The notes beneath the pieces are model-generated. The model had not been told where the DNA came from and did not search any database. It worked only from the letters and a program-made list of their open reading frames with translations. From positions 18,538,001 to 18,602,000 of the forward strand of contig CM060734.1 in NCBI GenBank assembly GCA_030704615.1: a stretch of DNA of 64,000 bases, read 5' to 3'. The position numbers and the translations under genes were made by a program. Positions 62,801 through 64,000 of this stretch are shown here, one piece after another (within the stretch, counting starts at the first letter, position 1; every line of letters begins with the position of its first letter). Source of the stretch: Takakia lepidozioides (lineage: Eukaryota > Plantae > Bryophyta).

Positions 62801-62812
62801 AGTGCAAAGTAA
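50849..62812 (+). CDS. LRR + EDR1/CTR1-like domain + Ser/Thr kinase (Arabidopsis At1g04210-like architecture)
   Basis: 11 phase-compatible GT-AG exons: 50849-51522, 54139-54403, 57047-57224, 57576-58539, 58913-59357, 59516-59697, 60024-60189, 60418-60618, 60839-61195, 61654-61755, 62363-62812. Motifs: LRRs, [54 protein letters not shown]. Confidence 0.93.
52099..53629. repeat. Near-perfect ~765-bp tandem duplication in intron 1
   Basis: Units start at 52099 and 52865. Duplicated ORFs in the track are identical at an offset of 764. Confidence 0.95.
53405..53714 (+). mobile_element. SINE (A-box TGGCCCAGTGG, B-box GGTTCAAAGCC, T-tailed); truncated twin at ~52641-52865
   Basis: The 3' ~85 bp is similar to the T-tailed SINE at 22862-23019. 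Confidence 0.6.
54423..55926 (+). mobile_element. 5'-truncated non-L1 LINE (RTE-X-like) in intron 2, with an uninterrupted RT + CCHC ORF
   Basis: TSD TCTATTCTGTT at 54412-54422 and 55927-55937. Motifs [23 protein letters not shown] and [14 protein letters not shown]. Stop at 55920. The clade assignment is inference. Confidence 0.88.
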
Positions 62813-62879
62813 ACATGAGAGCTTTGTAAATCTCGATTTGGGTAGGGTGACCGAGCGCGCAAGCTTTTCTTGGTCCTTA

Positions 62880-64000
62880 GTACACACAGTTGCCTTCTGT
62901 TCTTAGGCCTCAAAAGTTTACCCTTTGAGTGGCCAATCATTCAGCTGAAGGGGGGCACAGCAAGAAGTCTAGATTAGGAGTGTTTTGTTGAAGGCCACAT
63001 ATTTCAGGGAAAGCACAGATGTTGCTCCCCTCAATATTAATCGCTCTCCTCAATATTAATCGCTCTAGATATGGCCATAGGGCTACGGCATGGCAGACTC
63101 GCTGGGATATATGCTTCAGAGCAATAGGCTCATTACAGGCCTGCACATCACAAACTACATCACTCAGCAAAGAACCCACGTTATTGATTCTATGTTTGTG
63201 GACAATATCTTCTTGATGCTTCAAGCAAACAAGCAAAATCTGGACAGTGCTGGAAACACCCTGAACTCCTTCTGCGCAGCCTCTGGCTTTAAGGTGAACT
63301 GGCACAAAACTTCTGCCTTACTGGTGGGGGACCAATCTGCCTCTATGCTCGGAGACATCCCTTCCTGGGGTACGAACTATGGTCTCAAATGGCTAGGGCC
63401 AGGGGAATCCACTACCCTTCTCGGTTACACGTTTGGCATAGATCTCTCAGATGTCCAAAGATTCAAACCTATCCTAATCAAGCTGAAGCTCAAGTTAGCT
63501 TTCTGGGGTAGTAAGCATCTTTCCATAACTGGTAGGGTCTTGGCTGCTAACCAGATACTATCCGCTGGTATCTGGTACTATGCAGCTTCCTGGCGCCCTA
63601 ACGGCTCCCAGGTTCAGGAAGTTAAGGGGCTCATCAGGAGCTTCATTTGGGGGGCTGAAAGCTCGGCGGAGAAAAAAAGGCCTCAAGTGGCCTGGATCCA
63701 AATTTGTCTTCCCAAAAAAAAGGGCGGCCTGGGAATAATTGATCTGGAAACTCAGATTTCAGCGCTTTTGGCAAAATGGATCCCAAGATTCTTGGGTCCA
63801 GAAGGAGGGTTGTGGAAGTTCCTTGTGTATGACAATATTACCCTCTCCTCTCCTTTAAAGATCACGATTTGGAAGCCATCCCTTCGATGGATAACCCAGG
63901 GTTTCAAGCTCAAATCAGAAGGATCCCAACTGTGGTCAAGCATTTGGCAAGCTTGGGGAAGGATGCGCCAGTTCCTTCAAAAGAATCCAACATCTTCATT
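62880..64000 (+). mobile_element. Degenerate L1 LINE ORF2 fragment, runs off the right edge
   Basis: FKVNWHKT, GRVLAANQIL and KKGGLGII, colinear with 23200-23990. Confidence 0.85.

Overview
Eukaryotic, intron-rich plant DNA, most consistent with a non-seed plant such as a moss or other bryophyte (inference). There are two host genes: a WOX13-clade homeobox gene (~33.8-35.7 kb) and an 11-exon LRR + EDR1-like + protein kinase gene (50.8-62.8 kb). The rest is mostly nested transposable elements: a Ty3/gypsy gag remnant at the left edge, Mutator-like (MULE) elements, L1 LINEs, a non-L1 LINE, SINEs, a Replitron-like HUH remnant, a TTAA piggyBac-like MITE, Helitron-like repeats, captured SERK and TPP2 gene fragments, and a full-length Ty3/gypsy element with a dUTPase domain. 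The main finding is a MULE family carrying a spliced gene whose product has the motif order of a beta-class amino (N4-cytosine/N6-adenine) DNA methyltransferase. Three diverged pieces of this gene, sharing intron positions, lie in MULE copies in this window. They occur together with an array of a ~20-bp palindrome (also present in the gene's own introns) and a head-to-head pair of paralogous unknown ORFs. All copies here appear partly decayed. All homology calls are by eye, with no database searches.
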